DNA of 64,000 nt from Chara braunii (taxonomy: Eukaryota; Plantae; Charophyceae): assembly GCA_003427395.1 (NCBI GenBank), contig BFEA01000015.1, positions 1,852,107 through 1,916,106 on the forward strand. Direction: 5' to 3'. Position 1 is the stretch's first letter. Every line of letters starts with the position of its first letter. Under the pieces are notes generated by a model. It saw only the letters and a program-made list of their open reading frames with translations. It did not search any database and was not told the DNA's origin. This document shows positions 60,677 to 64,000 of the stretch, in pieces. The translations under genes were made by a program, and so were the position numbers.

Positions 60677-60874
60677 CCGAATGTTGTGCTTTTGTACTGG
60701 TGCTTTAATNNNNNNNNNNNNNNNNNNNNNNNNNNNNNNNNNNNNNNNNNNNNNNNNNNNNNNNNNNNNNNNNNNNNNNNNNNNNNNNNNNNNNNNNNNN
60801 NNNNNNNNNNNNNNNNNNNNNNNNNNNNNNNNNNNNNNNNNNNNNNNNNNNNNNNNNNNNNNNNNNNNNNNNNN

Positions 60875-60965
<91 letters not shown>

Positions 60966-61179
60966 CTTTCTTTCTTTTGTTCTGTCTCTCTCTCCAAACA
61001 GATTTGAGAGGATGGATGCTGGCCGTTGATGCGGTGTCCGCATGCTGATGTTGATGTCGATGGCGTTGATGTAGATGTCGATGGCGCCGGGTGCGCGATG
61101 GCAGCACGTGTCAGATGATGTCGGAGTTGGGGCGCCGAGTCATGTTGGTGTTGCACAGGTCTGTCTTGTGTTGATTGTC

Positions 61180-62494
61180 TCACCAGGGGGAAATGTTGCG
61201 GGTCTCAAATGATGCAACAGCGCGGTGCACGAGATTCGATCTGAATGCAATGAAGGGGGGTGCTGGTTGTGAGATGTCGCGGTGGTGGAGGAGGATGAAA
61301 TCATTGAGATAGTCCCATGTGCGGGGCGTGTGCGGGATGTTGTACATTGCAAGTGTATTGCGAGAAGCGAGCATATCGTGGATGAGTGCCGTGGATTGTG
61401 TTGCCCCCCATGGTTCAAGCGGAAGCCACCAGAGGGGGTCACTGTCTTGAACGGTGTGAGGCTGGAGGAGGTGTTGCTGGGGCGTCCGGAGAGATGTGAT
61501 GAAAGAGTGTTTGTGGTGAGCAGTGGTTATTCGTTCATGTTGGTATTGCGAGCAGCTCATTTGTGGGTGCGGGGTATGAGAGAAGTCGTCATTCACAATT
61601 TTCGGGAGGAATGATTTTGTTCTTTCATATTGAACATTGGGATTTGGTGAGGGATCAGGGGGGTTCAGGCTCCGGAGTCTGTTGGTTTTGTGGATTGAGA
61701 AGCAGTGCCGTACCACCGGTCACCGTTCACGGGGTCTGTGGACGGAGACCGGTCATGGAGTTCACTCCGTTCACGACACGGGAGCTCATGGAGTTCCCGG
61801 AGAGCGTTTTTTTTTTTTTTTTTTTTTTTTTTTGGCTGGAGAGGTATTTTGTTTTTATATAGGAGGGTGGGGGACATCGAAGGGTAACTCCATATATTTT
61901 TTTCAATTTTTTTTTTCACGAATAATATTTTTTTTAATTAAAAATGAAAAAATAAAATCAACCAGCCAAAATAAGCATTTTCGGTCACGTTCACAGGTCC
62001 GGCACTGTTGAGAAGTAATCATAGATGTGTGCGGAGAATACAGCATGATCCGTTTGGAGGAAGTCGTCCCAGAGGATCTGTTCAATGATATCGTTAATGT
62101 TGTGTTTGTTAATGAGGCGTAGCCAGGAATCCCACGAAGCGGAGACGGGTAGTTGGGAGGGGAATGTGCGGGTATGCACTATTGTTGATGGAGAGGGGTC
62201 AGCGGTTTGGATGGTTTGCGTGGTTTTTGTTGTAGATGGGAGAGGAATTTGAGGGAGCGTGTCATCAGATAGTGTGTTGAGGGTGTTCGAGGAGACGGGA
62301 AGAGATGAGTGTGTGTGTGTCGTGGTTGCGATTAGTGTTGTTTCTGTTGCGGACAGTGTTGTTTCTGTGATGGGAGAGGTGGTGGTGGTCAACGGTGACA
62401 GTGTGGATGCGGGGATTGTTGATGGCACGGCAACGGTTGTTTGTATTGTTGAAGTCGCAGATGTTGACGATCTGGATTTTTTCCTCGGGGACAT
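61180..62494 (-). pseudogene. 333-aa ORF downstream of the Helitron helicase, interrupted by a hAT MITE
   Basis: Removing 61703-62007 plus one TSD joins ...HIYDYFS to IHKTNRL... in frame (487+515=1002 nt). Starts MSPRKKSR with a Thr/Ser-rich N-half. Confidence 0.65.
61703..62007 (+). mobile_element. Non-autonomous hAT element (MITE)
   Basis: TIR CAGTGCCGTACC / GGTCCGGCACTG with 8-bp TSD TTGAGAAG (61695-61702, 62008-62015). Confidence 0.92.
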
Positions 62495-62562
62495 GTCTTC
62501 CGAAAGGCCTACAAGAAAAAGGAACAAATGACAAGAAGAAGTCAGGGTGTGGCTGGGGGAAG

Positions 62563-63014
62563 TTAGGTGAGGATCTCTTTATACACAATGCTAGTAGTTT
62601 GGTTATTGGCTGCAGGGAGAGCAAAACGAATGTGGGCAGGATCACCCACTCTTGATGCAGCGACATATAGTTGGCCATGAGCAAAAGGAGGCTGGCGGAG
62701 GTCAATACCTGCGTGTTTAATAGATTGCCCCTGGGATTTATTTATTTTAATGGCAAAGGCAGGGCGAGTAGGAAATTAGCGTCTTTGCCACGGGAAAGGA
62801 CTTGTCTGATCTGTGACCGTAAGGAGAATTCGTGGTAGGGGGACAGGTTGCAATGATGGTAGCACACGACCAGACAACAATCTATTGTTTGTGATAGAGT
62901 CGACAAAATTATGCGTGTTCCGTTGCATAATCCGTTGCACATAGCGATCTTTCGCAGCAGAATGACTGGTGTGCCTTGTTTAATTTGAAGGATATGGGGG
63001 GGAAGCGACGGTAT
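62563..63014 (-). pseudogene. Helitron RepHel C-terminus (PIF1-family helicase)
   Basis: LPPHILQIKQGTPVILLR...GLCNGTR / LPRILL...PFPWQRR*FPTRPAFAIKINKSQGQS...FAHGQLYVAASRV...TSIVYKEILT*. One frameshift and one stop. Confidence 0.9.
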
Positions 63015-63461
63015 AACGTGACCGGCTGTTCATTTGGTGTTTTTTTTGTGAACGGCCCGACCACTAAAGAGTAGTGTTTTTTTGTTTTTTTTTTTTGGGC
63101 TCCCCCAGGTACATTCCCCTCAAGCCCCACAGCGTGATGACATTGAAAAAATAAAAAAAAATCGAAATGACTTACAAAATAGCAAACGAAAATGCTTATT
63201 TTGGCTGGTTGATTTTTTTTTTTCATTTTTAATTAAAAAAAAATATTCGTGAATTTTTTTTTTGAAAAAAAAATTATAGGGAGTTACCCTTCGATGTCCC
63301 CGACCCTCCTATAAAAAAAAAAACATACCCCTCAGCCAAAAAAAAAAAAAAAAAAAAAGCTCTCTGTGAACTCCATGAACTCCCGTGTCGTGAACGAGGT
63401 GAACTCCATGACCGGTCTCCGTCCACAGACCCCGTGAACGGTGACCGGTGGTACGGCACTG
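63015..63461 (-). mobile_element. Longer copy of the same hAT MITE, one TIR lost
   Basis: 63185-63461 is an inverted copy of 61703-61983, with about 160 bp of extra internal sequence. Ends at AACGTGACCG without the last 16 bp. Confidence 0.85.
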
Positions 63462-63950
63462 CTCTTCGCCCTTTGGTACCTTAGCGGGGCGATGCAGATG
63501 TGTCAACCCGTCCGTGTTATCGTGCCTCTCTGTCTTTCGGTGGATGATGTCGAAATCATATTCCTGTAGGCGCACAGCCCACCGCCGATCATACCCATGT
63601 AATTAGTGAGTTTCTTGAGAGCCAGCAATGGCTCGTGATCAGTTACAAGGAGGAACTTCTGTCCGTACAAATACGGATGGAAGTGCTGGATTCCCCAGAC
63701 TACAGCATAGCATTCGCCTTGCGGGGCTGAATCGTTTCTCCGTTCGTCTGGCACTGTACGAGACGCGTACTCGATGACGTGCTCTCGGCCGTCGTTCCCC
63801 TTCTGCGCTAGAATAGCGGAAATCGCCTCTGGCTGCCAGTCCGTGATGAGAATGAACTGCTTCGCAGGGTCCGGCCGGATCAAAATAGGTGCCGCCGCCG
63901 AAGCGTCTTTGAGGGTGGTGAAGGCCTGTTTGCACTCTGCGTCCCAAACA
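63462..63950 (-). pseudogene. pol: RNase H fragment of the same Gypsy-type family
   Basis: ILITDWQPEAISAILAQKG...QGECYAVVWGIQHFHPYLYGQKFLLVTDHEPL, nearly identical at protein level to 22830-23250. Confidence 0.9.
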
Positions 63951-63955
63951 TCTAA

Positions 63956-64000
<45 letters not shown>

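Noticed and set aside
61703-63461. Single long-TIR (Mutator/foldback) element carrying a helicase
   Set aside because: The left arm is a self-contained hAT MITE with its own TIRs and 8-bp TSD, and the outer flanks share no TSD.

Overview
Repeat-saturated eukaryotic DNA from a draft assembly, with many N gaps, long (CT)n/(CA)n tracts and one untrimmed Nextera mate-pair junction. The TE spectrum and the plant-type U6 copy suggest a streptophyte alga such as Chara, but that is an inference. Almost everything is nested mobile DNA. This includes a complete PIF/Harbinger element (4501-13180, TTA TSD), a complete hAT element (47401-54526, 8-bp TSD), L1-type LINE remnants, a U6 retrocopy, many 3-bp-TSD MITEs, tRNA-derived SINEs, a Helitron 3' part with a reconstructable second ORF, and a type III hammerhead ribozyme in (TA)n-anchored Penelope-like repeats. 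The most unusual feature is a Ty3/Gypsy-type gag-PR-RT-RH-PHD-IN family seen as six pieces. Its best copy (16766-27243) is bounded by a 7-bp inverted repeat TGTGACG...CGTCACA with no recognisable PBS or PPT. It abuts a second head through the palindrome GTCACA-TA-TGTGAC, and it carries 3' accessory ORFs chained to integrase by ATGA stop/start overlaps. The only candidate host gene is a TM-containing ORF running off the left edge.
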